From an uncultured Alphaproteobacteria bacterium (lineage in GTDB: Bacteria; Pseudomonadota; Alphaproteobacteria; 43-37; CAWALT01), in assembly GCA_963782975.1 (NCBI GenBank), contig CAWALT010000002.1:182406-246405 (forward strand): DNA of 64,000 bases. Direction: 5' to 3'. Shown piece by piece: positions 30,471 through 40,821 of the stretch. The notes under the pieces are model-generated. The model saw nothing but the letters and a program-made list of their open reading frames with translations, was not told where the DNA came from and ran no database searches. A program made the position numbers and the translations under genes. Numbering within the stretch: position 1 is the stretch's first letter; the number at the start of each line of letters is the position of its first letter.

Positions 30471-31517
30471 ATGAAAATTTTACTAAATCGCGGGCCTTGG
30501 GGGCCATCAGGTGATAATGGAGATCGATGGAAACCTGCGTCGAATCGCTCTTTTGATGACCTCGATGAGTGGCTCAAAAAATTTAAGCAACGTACGTCAG
30601 GCCATTTTCAAGGGGGGAAAAGCGCTTTGTTCCTTCTGGTCCTACTCTTATTAGGGTGGTTAGCCAGCGGTATTTACTTTATTGATGAAGCGGAACAAGC
30701 GGCTGTATTGCGATTAGGTAAATGGGTGCGTACAGTTTCTCAATCCGGGTTGCACTATCGATTGCCGGCGCCCTTTGAGAAAGAAATTAAGCGGAAAGTT
30801 TACAATATTAATACCCTTCGTCTGGACCGTGAGACTCTTTCTCACGATTCTTACATGCTTACGGGGGACGAGAATTTTATTGAGCTTAGCAAATTCGAGG
30901 TGCATTGGTTTATAAAAGACCTTGGCCAGTTTTTATTTAGCGCTACTTACCCGGAGGCTCTCTTACGTGCCGCGGCGGAAAGTGCCTTAAGGGAAATTAT
31001 TGCACGCTCTACGGTTGACATGGCATTAGCGGAAGGACGAACCGTGATTGGCCAGCAGGTTCAAGAGCTTTTACAGACTACCTTGGATAAATATGAAATT
31101 GGTATCGAGGTAAAGGAAGCTTTATTAAAAAAGGTTGAACCACCGGCGGTTGTTATTGATGCCTTTCGTGATGTACAAAGTGCCAAAATTGATAAAGAAA
31201 AAGTCATCAATGAAGCGGAAGCTTATGCCAAAGGTATATTGCCAGAGGCGAGAGGGCTTGCGGTTAAAATTTTGAATCAGTCAAAAGCAGAGCGGGATGC
31301 CGCTATTGCGCGCGCTGAAGGTGATGCGAAGCGTTTTCTCTCTATCTTCTATGAGTACCGCCAACATCCGAAAGAAACAGAAAAGCGATTGTATCTAGAG
31401 ACAATGGAGAAGGTTCTCAAACACCATAAAAAGTTTATTATTGAGGATTCCACCGTGATGTCCTATTTACCTCTCCCGGCGTTAAAAAATTTATCAACAT
31501 CATCGGGGAAAGAGTAG
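30471..31517 (+). CDS. hflK: FtsH protease modulator HflK
   Basis: N-terminal TM and an SPFH/band-7 domain. It is followed by hflC. Confidence 0.9.
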   Translation: MKILLNRGPWGPSGDNGDRWKPASNRSFDDLDEWLKKFKQRTSGHFQGGKSALFLLVLLLLGWLASGIYFIDEAEQAAVLRLGKWVRTVSQSGLHYRLPAPFEKEIKRKVYNINTLRLDRETLSHDSYMLTGDENFIELSKFEVHWFIKDLGQFLFSATYPEALLRAAAESALREIIARSTVDMALAEGRTVIGQQVQELLQTTLDKYEIGIEVKEALLKKVEPPAVVIDAFRDVQSAKIDKEKVINEAEAYAKGILPEARGLAVKILNQSKAERDAAIARAEGDAKRFLSIFYEYRQHPKETEKRLYLETMEKVLKHHKKFIIEDSTVMSYLPLPALKNLSTSSGKE

Positions 31518-31529
31518 GGAGCGAATAAG

Positions 31530-32402
31530 ATGGTACAGCAGAAAAAATGGGTGATTTTAGGGAGCGTATTGGCTCTTATCCTTTTCCTTGTAAGTCAAAG
31601 CGTCTTTATTGTAAATGAGCCAGAGCAAGCCTTGATCCTCCAGTTTGGTGAACTGAAGGAGGTTCATCAAGAACCAGGTTTAAAGGTAAAAGTGCCCTTT
31701 ATCCAAGAAGTGGTAAAGTACGAAAAAAGATTATTCCATTATGAATATTCGGCGTTTGAAATTACCGCAAAGGATCAAAAAAGATTCATTGTCGATACCT
31801 ATGCCGTCTTAAAGATTATTAACCCTTTGAGATTCTATAAAACTGTTAAAAGCGAACATATTGCAGGGGAGCGTATTGCTTCTGTCGTTGATAAGACCTT
31901 GCGAGGGGTGATTGGTAATGTAAATCTGTCGGATGCTATTACCCACAAGCGGGCCGAAACAATGGATCAAATTGTTACTCTTGTGAATAGATCGACGGAA
32001 GCCTTTGGGCTTAAGGTGGAAGATGTAAAAATCCGACGCACCGATCTTCCTTCCGAAAACAGCCAATCTATTTTTGGACGTATGACCGCTGAGCGTGAGC
32101 GTGAAGCACGCGAGTGGCGTGCCAAAGGCCAGGAGGAAGCTCTAAGGATTAAGTCCGATGCGGAAAGAGAACGGGAGGTCATTATCGCACAGGCCAGAAG
32201 GGATGCGGAGATTATTCGGGGCGAGGGGGACAAAAAGGCGGCTCAGATTATGAATGCTTCAATCCGAGAAGACTTAAAGTTCTATAATTTTTATAGAAGT
32301 CTTAAAGCTTATGAAGCAACCTTAGCCCAGGAGGATACCTATTATGTGCTTTCGCCAAAAAGCGAGTTTTTTACTTATTTTAACAAGTCGAGTGAAAAAT
32401 AA
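31530..32402 (+). CDS. hflC: FtsH protease modulator HflC
   Basis: TM and SPFH domain. hflK-hflC-degP synteny. Confidence 0.9.
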   Translation: MVQQKKWVILGSVLALILFLVSQSVFIVNEPEQALILQFGELKEVHQEPGLKVKVPFIQEVVKYEKRLFHYEYSAFEITAKDQKRFIVDTYAVLKIINPLRFYKTVKSEHIAGERIASVVDKTLRGVIGNVNLSDAITHKRAETMDQIVTLVNRSTEAFGLKVEDVKIRRTDLPSENSQSIFGRMTAEREREAREWRAKGQEEALRIKSDAEREREVIIAQARRDAEIIRGEGDKKAAQIMNASIREDLKFYNFYRSLKAYEATLAQEDTYYVLSPKSEFFTYFNKSSEK

Positions 32403-32463
32403 GAAAATTACGCTCTCTTGGGTTTGATTTGTAAATATTAACTGAATTGAAAAGGTGACAAGA

Positions 32464-34128
32464 ATGAGAAAAAAAGTTGGACGCATAAAAAAGGTAAGTT
32501 TTTTTATGCCTTTAAAGGCGCTAGGAAAGAGTTTTCTCCTGCTGGCTCTTACTCTTGTATTGCTTCCAGATCCTACCCTTGGCTTCGCGTCGAAAATCAA
32601 ATTATTTGATTCGCCGAAAGAGTCAGAAGAGTCATCAAACGATACAAGTGACGTGAACAAAAAAGAAGAAGCGAAAGGTGGTCAACCAGCGATGGAAGGC
32701 TTCGTGCCTCCTCCAAGTTTTGCTCCTCTCGTTAAATATGCTCTTCCGGCAGTTGTCAATATTTCTTCGGAGCAAAGAGCCCGTCAAGTCAAGCGCTTTG
32801 ATATGCCTCAGCTTCCACCTGGGTCCTTATTCGAAAAATTTTTTAAAGACTTTTTTGATCTCCCAAATCCTCAAAATATTCGGCCAACGTCCCTTGGTTC
32901 CGGGTTCATTATTGACCCTAAAGGGTATATCGTGACGAATAATCATCTTATCGCGGATGCGGAGAAAATTACCGTTGTGCTTCAAGATGGGACCAAATTG
33001 ACCGCCAAGATCATCGGCCGAGATAAGAGGACCGACATTGCTCTATTAAAAGTTGAGGCTAATAAGGAACTGCCTTACTTAGAATGGGCGCCTTCTGAGA
33101 AGATCGAAAATGGCGATTGGGTCATTGTTATCGGTAATCCCTTTGGGTTAGGCGGCACCACGACGCGTGGTATTATATCAGCGCGTGGGCGCGATATTAG
33201 CAAGTCCCAATCCCCTCTCAACCATTCCGACTTTATTGATACGGATGTGGATGGATTTATCCAGACCGATGCTGCTATTAATATCGGAAATTCAGGTGGT
33301 CCCATGATTAATATGGAAGGTAAGGTCATAGGTATTAATACAGTTATTATTTCTCCTAATGGGGGAAATATTGGCTTAGGATTTGCTATTCCTTCCGCGA
33401 CAGCTGAGCCAGTGGTGAAACAACTAAAAGAAAGCGGCCAAGTCAAACGCGGTCGAATCGGGGTACTTATCCAGCCGATTTCCAAGGAAATCGCAGAGAA
33501 TTTTGGCTTAGAAAAACCCGATGGAGCGATGGTTGCGCGTGTTTACCCTGGTACTCCTGCTGAGAAGGCTGGTATTCAAGAAGGGGACATTATCCTTTCT
33601 TTCAATGGGCAAGAGGTTGGTGAAGAGCACTCAAAGCTTACGCGAATTGTTAATCGTGCACCTCTTGATAAGCCGTTGGCTGTTGAAATATGGCGCAAGA
33701 CCCCAAATGTCCTTAAAGGTCAAAAAATCACCTTGTATGTGACGGTTAAGCACATAACAGAACCTCGAGAAGAAGATGAGGAAGCCTCCCTAGAGGAAGA
33801 AGAAGGCGTTCTCCTCCCTGAATTAGGCCTCCGTATTGCTAACCTTACGCCAAAGATGCGTACGGAGTTTGGCGTTAAAGAGTCCGTTAACGGTATTCTT
33901 ATCCTTGATGTCGAACCAGGTAGTTCCGCGGCAGAAAAAGGACTTCGGCAAGGAATTGTGATTTCCGACATTGATCAAGAGCCGGTTAAAACCACCGAAG
34001 AGGCTTTAAAAAAGGTTAAAGAAGCTGTGAAAAAAGGGCAAAACACCGTATTACTTCAAATCAATAACGGAGACATCTCGCTCTTTGAAGCTCTCCGTAT
34101 TGAGAAAGTGAAGAACAAAGAGGAATAA
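32464..34128 (+). CDS. degP: periplasmic serine endoprotease DegP/HtrA (trypsin domain plus 2 PDZ)
   Basis: His/Asp/Ser triad (TNNHLI, DIALL, GNSGGPM) and two PDZ regions. The ATG at 32464 has a good SD. The track ORF starts at the GTG at 32455. Confidence 0.9.
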   Translation: MRKKVGRIKKVSFFMPLKALGKSFLLLALTLVLLPDPTLGFASKIKLFDSPKESEESSNDTSDVNKKEEAKGGQPAMEGFVPPPSFAPLVKYALPAVVNISSEQRARQVKRFDMPQLPPGSLFEKFFKDFFDLPNPQNIRPTSLGSGFIIDPKGYIVTNNHLIADAEKITVVLQDGTKLTAKIIGRDKRTDIALLKVEANKELPYLEWAPSEKIENGDWVIVIGNPFGLGGTTTRGIISARGRDISKSQSPLNHSDFIDTDVDGFIQTDAAINIGNSGGPMINMEGKVIGINTVIISPNGGNIGLGFAIPSATAEPVVKQLKESGQVKRGRIGVLIQPISKEIAENFGLEKPDGAMVARVYPGTPAEKAGIQEGDIILSFNGQEVGEEHSKLTRIVNRAPLDKPLAVEIWRKTPNVLKGQKITLYVTVKHITEPREEDEEASLEEEEGVLLPELGLRIANLTPKMRTEFGVKESVNGILILDVEPGSSAAEKGLRQGIVISDIDQEPVKTTEEALKKVKEAVKKGQNTVLLQINNGDISLFEALRIEKVKNKEE

Positions 34129-34154
34129 AACAACCAATTCCTATCTTTTAGAGG

Positions 34155-34185
34155 GAGCGGCGTTCGGCCGCTCTTTTCTTTTCTT
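34155..34185 (+). terminator. rho-independent terminator downstream of degP
   Basis: GAGCGGC-gttcg-GCCGCTC stem-loop followed by TTTTCTTTTCTT. Confidence 0.7.
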
Positions 34186-34494
34186 GGAGCGCTATAAGCT
34201 ATCTAGACGCCGGTTGACTTTTATCGTTGCGAAAGGCTTAAAGCAGGCATGTAAATGTGTCGGAGACGATTTATAAGATAGAAAGGCTAAGCCTCCTAAA
34301 ATCTTACTAATATAATATAACGCCGAACAGCTATTTTATTTCTTGTTTGCCCTTACCAAAGCAAAGGTGCTTCCCACATTATATACATTTAATAAAAGAA
34401 AAATTAATATTCTTAAAATTAAGTTCCCTTATTAGCTTAAGCTATTTTATACTGATACTAGAGAGCTATCATCAAAAGTAAAAAAGGATATCGA

Positions 34495-35001
34495 ATGCTT
34501 AAAGTAACAGAAGTAGCGGAATTTCGAAGTTATCCCAAAATTGCTTTGGTGAATAGAAAAGCCACCATACAGGAAGCATGCCAGAAAATGTCACAGGCTC
34601 ATGTTGATGTTGCTCTAATTGCTGAGCAGGATAAACTCGTTGGTATCTTTTCTTTAGAAGATCTTCTCGATCGTGTGGCAAAAGAAGGCGTGGATGTGAC
34701 CAAAACGTTTGTTGAGAAGGTTATGACACCTCATCCAAAAACACTTCCTCCAACGGAACTTTATACCCATGCAATTACCCGCATGGTCCATGGTGGATTC
34801 CATCATCTCCCCGTGGTGGACCAACATCAAAGAGTCTTAGGCATGATCGCTTTAAAGGATTTTTTACAAGTGAACTTAGGAGGGATGGTAGAGCAAGCGG
34901 TCAAGCATGGTAAGAACATCTTTCTCAAATCTCCCTCAATATATATTTTTGCTTTTTTAGCGATCCTCTATGCTGTTCTCCTTTATAGAGCCTTAATCTA
35001 A
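34495..35001 (+). CDS. CBS-domain pair protein with C-terminal hydrophobic segment
   Basis: Two CBS motifs (..VGIFSLEDLL.., ..LGMIALKDFL..). 168 aa. Confidence 0.7.
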   Translation: MLKVTEVAEFRSYPKIALVNRKATIQEACQKMSQAHVDVALIAEQDKLVGIFSLEDLLDRVAKEGVDVTKTFVEKVMTPHPKTLPPTELYTHAITRMVHGGFHHLPVVDQHQRVLGMIALKDFLQVNLGGMVEQAVKHGKNIFLKSPSIYIFAFLAILYAVLLYRALI

Positions 35002-35514
35002 GTTTTTCTTTGCTGGAAAAACACCAGAGAGTTGAATGGTTCGAGAGAGAGGTCTTTTTACTCCCTATCCAAAGGATAGAAAACGAATAAAAAGCTTCGA
35101 CTTATCTTAAATGAAAAGCCGACAGAGCTATCGCTGATACCTCTTCTTCTTGTTCCTTCATTAAGTTGGCCGGGGAGGATTTTAAGACAAAATCGGCTCA
35201 TGTCTTTCTTTATGAGTTCTCAAGTGGTCCTTCAAACAAGTGGCCATTCAAAACGCAACGTGAGGGGGAAACCACCTCTACACCCGCACATTTGTACCCT
35301 ATTTACAAGGCAAGAAACGAGCGAATTATGAGGGGCTTCCACTCTTATTGCTCCTATCAAGTATCCTTTGAGCCGTAGAGAGCTTGAAACTGAGCATCTT
35401 TAGTTAAAGCCGCTTCAGCTATCTAAGCCAAAAAAATTGCGAGTAAAGAGAAGGTGGTTGTCCTTTTCCCAAGGTTTCATCCAACCCTTAGCCGCGTATC
35501 CCGTCAAAATATGG

Positions 35515-37080
35515 CTAGGAGTTCATGGTGTTAAAAAAGTCTTGGTTATTCTTTGTCGTTTTTAACTTATCGAGTAAGAATTCCATTCCATCAATGGTGC
35601 CCATTTGCATTAATACGCGTCGCAATACCCACATCTTGGATAAGGTGCCACGATCAACCAGCACTTCTTCTTTACGTGTGCCGGACTTCGTAATATCAAT
35701 TGCTGGGAAGCTTCTTTTATCTGCAATTTTACGATCGAGGATAATCTCGCTATTACCCGTACCTTTAAATTCCTCGAAAATTACTTCATCCATACGAGAG
35801 CCCGTATCCACCAGGGCGGTGGCGATGATAGTAAGAGACCCGCCTTCTTCTATATTGCGTGCTGCCCCAAAAAAGCGCTTTGGGCGCTGCAGAGCATTTG
35901 CATCCACACCCCCTGTTAATACCTTGCCGGAGGAAGGTACAACAGTATTATAAGCGCGGGCCAATCGGGTAATTGAGTCAAGTAGAATGATCACATCGCG
36001 TTTATATTCGACAAGTCGTTTCGCGCGCTCAATCACCATCTCGGCGACTTGGATGTGGCGAGACGCCGGTTCATCGAACGTCGAGCTAATGACTTCTCCT
36101 TTAACGGAGCGTTCCATATCGGTGACTTCTTCAGGTCGTTCATCAATCAAAAGTACAATAAGAAAAGCCTCAGGATGGTTAGCAGCAATCGCGTGGGCAA
36201 TATTTTTTAACATAACCGTTTTTCCCGTTCTTGGCGGAGCAACAATTAAAGCACGTTGCCCGAGCCCGAGGGGGGAAATAAGATCAATCACACGGGTGGT
36301 TAAGTCCTTATTTGTTGGGTCGTCGTATTCTAATAAAAGTCGCTTTTCCGGATAAAGGGGTGTTAAGTTGTCAAAATTGATGCGGTGGCGTACCTGATCG
36401 GGATCTGTGAAATTAATGGTCTTTACTTTAAGCAAAGCGAAATAACGTTCTCCGTCCTTTGGAGCGCGGATTTGCCCTTCCACGGTATCTCCGGTACGTA
36501 AGCCAAACCGCCTAATCTGGCTGGGAGAGACATAAATGTCATCCGGCCCAGGAAGATAATTGGATTGGGGAGATCTTAAAAAGCCAAATCCATCTTGTAA
36601 GATTTCAATAACCCCATCTCCAAAAATAGGAACATCACGCTCGGCTTGCTTTTTTAAGATGGCAAACAAAATATCCTGTTTACGCATGGTGCTCGCATTA
36701 TCGATACCAAGCTCTTCCGCCATCGACACCAACTCTGCGGGTGGTTTCGCCTTTAAATCATGGAGATGCATTAACTCGGCATTTTCAGGCAAGTCTGAGT
36801 CTTGAAAGACCTCGGTCGAAAAATCTTTTTCTTTATCATGGGCCATGTGGTTGCCGTTATTATTTTTCTTATTTTTTGAATGGTTATTGCGCCCTGACAT
36901 TTTATCTTGCTTAGACATTGCGTTATCTTTTTGCTTATGACGAGGACGTCCTGAACGTGGTTTCGCTTTGTGCTGATCAGATGAGGACGAACCTTCATTT
37001 AAAGATATCTCATTCATATCTTTAGAAGGGGTATCATTGGAAGAAGCGGATATTATATTATCATCGTGGTTTGATATCAT
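35515..37080 (-). CDS. rho: transcription termination factor Rho with ~100-aa N-terminal low-complexity extension
   Basis: Full Rho core: N-terminal OB/RNA-binding domain (..[14 protein letters not shown]..), Walker A GKT, and RecA-like and C-terminal motifs. It is preceded by an in-frame N/K/S-rich 104-aa extension. Confidence 0.95.
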   Translation of the reverse strand: MISNHDDNIISASSNDTPSKDMNEISLNEGSSSSDQHKAKPRSGRPRHKQKDNAMSKQDKMSGRNNHSKNKKNNNGNHMAHDKEKDFSTEVFQDSDLPENAELMHLHDLKAKPPAELVSMAEELGIDNASTMRKQDILFAILKKQAERDVPIFGDGVIEILQDGFGFLRSPQSNYLPGPDDIYVSPSQIRRFGLRTGDTVEGQIRAPKDGERYFALLKVKTINFTDPDQVRHRINFDNLTPLYPEKRLLLEYDDPTNKDLTTRVIDLISPLGLGQRALIVAPPRTGKTVMLKNIAHAIAANHPEAFLIVLLIDERPEEVTDMERSVKGEVISSTFDEPASRHIQVAEMVIERAKRLVEYKRDVIILLDSITRLARAYNTVVPSSGKVLTGGVDANALQRPKRFFGAARNIEEGGSLTIIATALVDTGSRMDEVIFEEFKGTGNSEIILDRKIADKRSFPAIDITKSGTRKEEVLVDRGTLSKMWVLRRVLMQMGTIDGMEFLLDKLKTTKNNQDFFNTMNS

Positions 37081-37095
37081 GGTTTTTTTTACTCT

Positions 37096-37560
37096 TTAAA
37101 ATGGTTTAACTGTTACTAAAATTACTATTGTTAACATAATGAGGGGAGGAACCTCATTGATAAAACGGAAAAACTTTTCCGTTCGTTTTGGCTGTTTTTC
37201 AACAAATTCGCGATAATAGTGCCGAAATAAAATTTGTGTACCAATGAGGGTAATAACAAGCACGATCTTCAATAAAAACCATATGCTATGCACATTAATT
37301 AATCCAGGCGTAAAAGCAAGTAGAAGCCCCGTCACAATAGCTAAGAGTGATGCGGGGTGGATGACGATATTCATTAAGCGCTTTTCCATTACCAAAAACG
37401 TTTCATAGGCGCTCGATTCCCTTTCAAATTTTAAGTGATAGACAAATAACCGTGGGAGATAAAACAACCCTGCCATCCAAGAAATAACTGCTGCTATGTG
37501 TATTGCTTTAACCCATAAATAGTTTTGTGTAAGCCAATCACCTATCATTAAAATACCCAT
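37096..37560 (-). CDS. hemJ: HemJ-type protoporphyrinogen IX oxidase (UPF0093/CopD-like membrane protein)
   Basis: ~150 aa with 4 TM helices. The conserved ..WVKAIHIAAVISWMAGLFYLPRLFVYH.. segment is typical of HemJ. Confidence 0.6.
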   Translation of the reverse strand: MGILMIGDWLTQNYLWVKAIHIAAVISWMAGLFYLPRLFVYHLKFERESSAYETFLVMEKRLMNIVIHPASLLAIVTGLLLAFTPGLINVHSIWFLLKIVLVITLIGTQILFRHYYREFVEKQPKRTEKFFRFINEVPPLIMLTIVILVTVKPF

Positions 37561-38214
37561 ATTATAGATTTAAGGCGCCAGAGAATTTTCCCTTGCAGGC
37601 GGTTAAAACTCACCGATAAGGGTAGGGCCCTACCATCGTGATACCTGTTTCTTTGGAGTGCCCATAAAAAGTCTAGGTTGTTTTGGGGGCTAATTGAATC
37701 TTTATAAAATTCAATAACAAAGTTTCTTATTAAAATCTAGCCCTTAAATATAAGCTATAGAAAAAAAATCATCATCTGTCATCCTTTTTTATGCCTTCTT
37801 AAGGTGGAAGTCTATCAAAGGCCGCACATCTACCAGGGGTGCTCATGTATGTTAAAAAGTGGTTTCCTCTTGTCAATACGAGAGTGCGTGTCAAAAAACT
37901 GCTAACCTTTGCCAATCGGGAAGATGAGCATAACCCCGGCAGATCCTTATCTTTGATAGGAACCGAGAGAGGAAGGTCTTCTCTTTTTTGCCTTACTTTG
38001 AGGAGCCAAGTGGGTAGTAGAAGGCAAAAAATTTCTCTTTCTTTCTTAAAAATTTTTATCTTTTTAGGAGATTAAGTTTCCTGGTAAACTTGGAAAGCTG
38101 TGAAGAAAAATTTTCTTAAAAAAATCGGAAAGGATAACCTAACAGAACTTTCCAGTAAGAAGCGACTTTTCCCCTCAGCAATTTAAATATAAGATAAATT
38201 TTTGCGAGTTAAGG

Positions 38215-39300
38215 ATGAGACAAGAAAATTTTCTGGAGCAAAAAATGAAGAAGAGATTAGGCGTCATGACAAGCGGGGGAGATTGTCCCGGGCTTAACGC
38301 TGTCATTAACGCAATCGTGAGGCATGGCGACCAATTGGGCTGGGAAGTCCTTGGCATTAAAAAAGGCACTGAAGGCCTCCTTCACCCAGAAGGAAATATT
38401 CTATTGACCCCCGCCTCCCTGTCTTCTTTTATACTAGAGGAAGGAGGAACGATCCTAGGGTCAAACTCCAGTAAAAATCCTTTTTACTATCCGCGCGGGG
38501 ATCATTTGTTTGTTGATTGTTCCCAAGACGTGGTTAAAGGGTTACAACAATGCCAATTAGATGGGCTTATTAGCATCGGTGGAGAAGGCTCATTAGGTAT
38601 TATGAGCGCCTTAATGTCTCAATATGATTTAAAGTTTATCGGAATTCCTAAAACAATCGACAATGATGTGCCGATGAGCGCGTATTCCGTTGGTTTTTAT
38701 ACGGCCGTGGAAGAGGCTGCTGAGGCCTTAATGAGCCTTAAGGTGACGGGTAAAAGCCATGAACGCATTATGATTCTGGAGGTCATGGGTAGAAATGCTG
38801 GCCACATAGCGCTCCATGCTGGTATTGCAGGGGGAGCTGATTTTATTTTAGTCCCTGAAATTCCCTACCAAACAGAGGTGCTGGTGGAACAGGTTCGTCG
38901 GTGGTACCCAGATAAAAAGAGTCTTTGTATAATCGTTTGTGAAGGTATTAATTTTCGAAAAGAAAAATATCAATTAAATTCCTCGATTAGCCAATTCCTT
39001 GCCGATGTTATTCAAACGGAGACGAACATTGAAACTCGCCATATGGTGTTGGGGCATCTGCAGCGTGGAGCACGGCCAAGAGCCTTTGATCGTCTCATTG
39101 CGGCAGCTTTTGGCACCTATGCTGTTGATTTGCTCCATCGAGGTACCTTCAATCGCGTTCTTTTGTGGCAAAATGATCAGGTGGTGGATGCTCCTTTTGA
39201 GGCGATAAATCACCAATGCGGTTTTATTGACTCTCAAAAAAACCAATGGCTCCAAACGGCGCGTCGCTTGAATATAAGCTTTGCTGACCAGCTTATCTAA
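38215..39300 (+). CDS. pfk: 6-phosphofructokinase
   Basis: GVMTSGGDCPGLNAVI, GGEGS, and MGR (EVMGRNAGHIAL) motifs. 361 aa. Confidence 0.9.
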   Translation: MRQENFLEQKMKKRLGVMTSGGDCPGLNAVINAIVRHGDQLGWEVLGIKKGTEGLLHPEGNILLTPASLSSFILEEGGTILGSNSSKNPFYYPRGDHLFVDCSQDVVKGLQQCQLDGLISIGGEGSLGIMSALMSQYDLKFIGIPKTIDNDVPMSAYSVGFYTAVEEAAEALMSLKVTGKSHERIMILEVMGRNAGHIALHAGIAGGADFILVPEIPYQTEVLVEQVRRWYPDKKSLCIIVCEGINFRKEKYQLNSSISQFLADVIQTETNIETRHMVLGHLQRGARPRAFDRLIAAAFGTYAVDLLHRGTFNRVLLWQNDQVVDAPFEAINHQCGFIDSQKNQWLQTARRLNISFADQLI

Positions 39301-39301
39301 G

Positions 39302-40084
39302 TTAACGTGCAGTCCAGCCGCCATCAATTGTAAGGGTTGTGCCTGTCATTTGGCTTGCAGCAGGCAAGGCCAAAAAAACAGTGGCTTCCCCAATCTGCTC
39401 TACCGTGACAAATTCGAGAGAGGGTTGCTTTTCTTGAATAAGCCTTTTGGCCGATTCGTTAAGCGAAATATTCTGTTCTTTTGCTTGAGCATCGATTTGT
39501 TTCTCGACAAGGGGGGTGTGTACCCAACCTGGGCAAATCGCATTACAGGTGATAAAGCTTTGAGCCGTTTCTAAGGCAATGACTTTGGTTAAGCCGATGA
39601 TCCCATGCTTGCTCGCCACATAAGCCGACTTTCCTTCTGAGGCGACCAGGCCATGTACTGAGGCAATGTTAATAATACGCCCCCAGTTATTTTTCCGCAT
39701 CACCGGCAGAGCTTTCCGACAAAGATAGAAAGCGCTTGAAAGGTTGACTTGGATAATTTTCTCCCATTGATCGATAGGAAAGTCTTCTACAGGAGCTACA
39801 TATTGAACCCCAGCGTTATTTACCAATATGTCTAGCGAGGAAAACGATCTCACTGCTTCGTCGATAAGGCGATGGCATTCCTGAGCTTGGCTTACATCAG
39901 CTTCACAAAAAGCCACCTCGGCTTGGCTTTCGTCTTTTATAGTTTTGATAGCTCTATGAATTGTTTCCTGATCGCCAAGTCCGTTTAACATAATGTGACA
40001 CCCTTGCTTGGCAAGAGCTCTTGCTATCCCAAGTCCTATTCCGCTTGTGGAGCCCGTAATAACGGCGACTTTCCCCTTCAACAT
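39302..40084 (-). CDS. bdhA: 3-hydroxybutyrate dehydrogenase (SDR family)
   Basis: MLKGKVAVITGSTSGIGLGIA cofactor motif and the catalytic Y..K (YVASKHG). The likely start is the Met at 40084; the track ORF extends 64 codons further upstream with a non-SDR sequence. Confidence 0.8.
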   Translation of the reverse strand: MLKGKVAVITGSTSGIGLGIARALAKQGCHIMLNGLGDQETIHRAIKTIKDESQAEVAFCEADVSQAQECHRLIDEAVRSFSSLDILVNNAGVQYVAPVEDFPIDQWEKIIQVNLSSAFYLCRKALPVMRKNNWGRIINIASVHGLVASEGKSAYVASKHGIIGLTKVIALETAQSFITCNAICPGWVHTPLVEKQIDAQAKEQNISLNESAKRLIQEKQPSLEFVTVEQIGEATVFLALPAASQMTGTTLTIDGGWTAR

Positions 40085-40191
40085 GTGTTCTCTCCTGCAT
40101 TGGAAACTCTTTTTTGTTTGCATTTTTTCTTTAAGAGTGTACCAATAAAAGCTAAATTTTAAATAAACGACAAGAGGTTGTTGGCGGCGGT

Positions 40192-40635
40192 ATGAAGTAT
40201 TTATATATTGGGTGGGACAAATTTCACCAAGATACAAAAAAATTGGCGCAGAAATTAAAAGATTCTTCAAAGACATTTGATGGTATTCTTGGGATCTCGC
40301 GGGGCGGACTTTTTCCCGCAGCGGTTATCGCTTACGAATTGGACCTGCGGTTGGTTCAAACCATTTGCATGGCAAGTTATCACGGTTATGAGCGGCGCCA
40401 AGGGATTGAAGTATTGGCCTCTTCTTCCTTCGAAGATAAAAATTGGTTAGTTCTCGATGACTTAGTGGATACAGGGCAAACGTTTTACAAGATAAAAGAA
40501 ATAGTACCAAGTTGTTATAATGCCTGTATCTATGCTAAGCCAAAAGGCGAACAATCTGCAGATGTATTTTTTGAGGCCGTCCCTCAAGATACATGGGTTG
40601 TCTTTCCCTGGGACGCCGATCCGCAGCAAGCATAA
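40192..40635 (+). CDS. gpt: xanthine-guanine phosphoribosyltransferase
   Basis: ~150 aa. PRPP-binding motif LVLDDLVDTGQT and a Gpt-like N-terminus. Confidence 0.85.
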   Translation: MKYLYIGWDKFHQDTKKLAQKLKDSSKTFDGILGISRGGLFPAAVIAYELDLRLVQTICMASYHGYERRQGIEVLASSSFEDKNWLVLDDLVDTGQTFYKIKEIVPSCYNACIYAKPKGEQSADVFFEAVPQDTWVVFPWDADPQQA

Positions 40636-40821
40636 TCTTCTCTTTTAGGACTTCCCTATATTCCCCCTGCATTCTTGTTGATGGGAGGCTTGCTTTAAAG
40701 CCTCCACCAACAAATAAGAGTGACATAAAAGGTGTCACTTGCTATTATGAAAGCAAATATCAAACAGGAATAAATTAAATTTCTTGTCCTTGTGAGATAG
40801 GGAAAGTAGGGAGGTAAGATA

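Noticed and set aside
40087-40276. 64-codon N-terminal extension of the 3-hydroxybutyrate dehydrogenase ORF
   Set aside because: The SDR cofactor motif begins right after the internal Met at 40084 (MLKGKVAVITG). The extension has no SDR similarity and would run into the divergent gpt promoter region.
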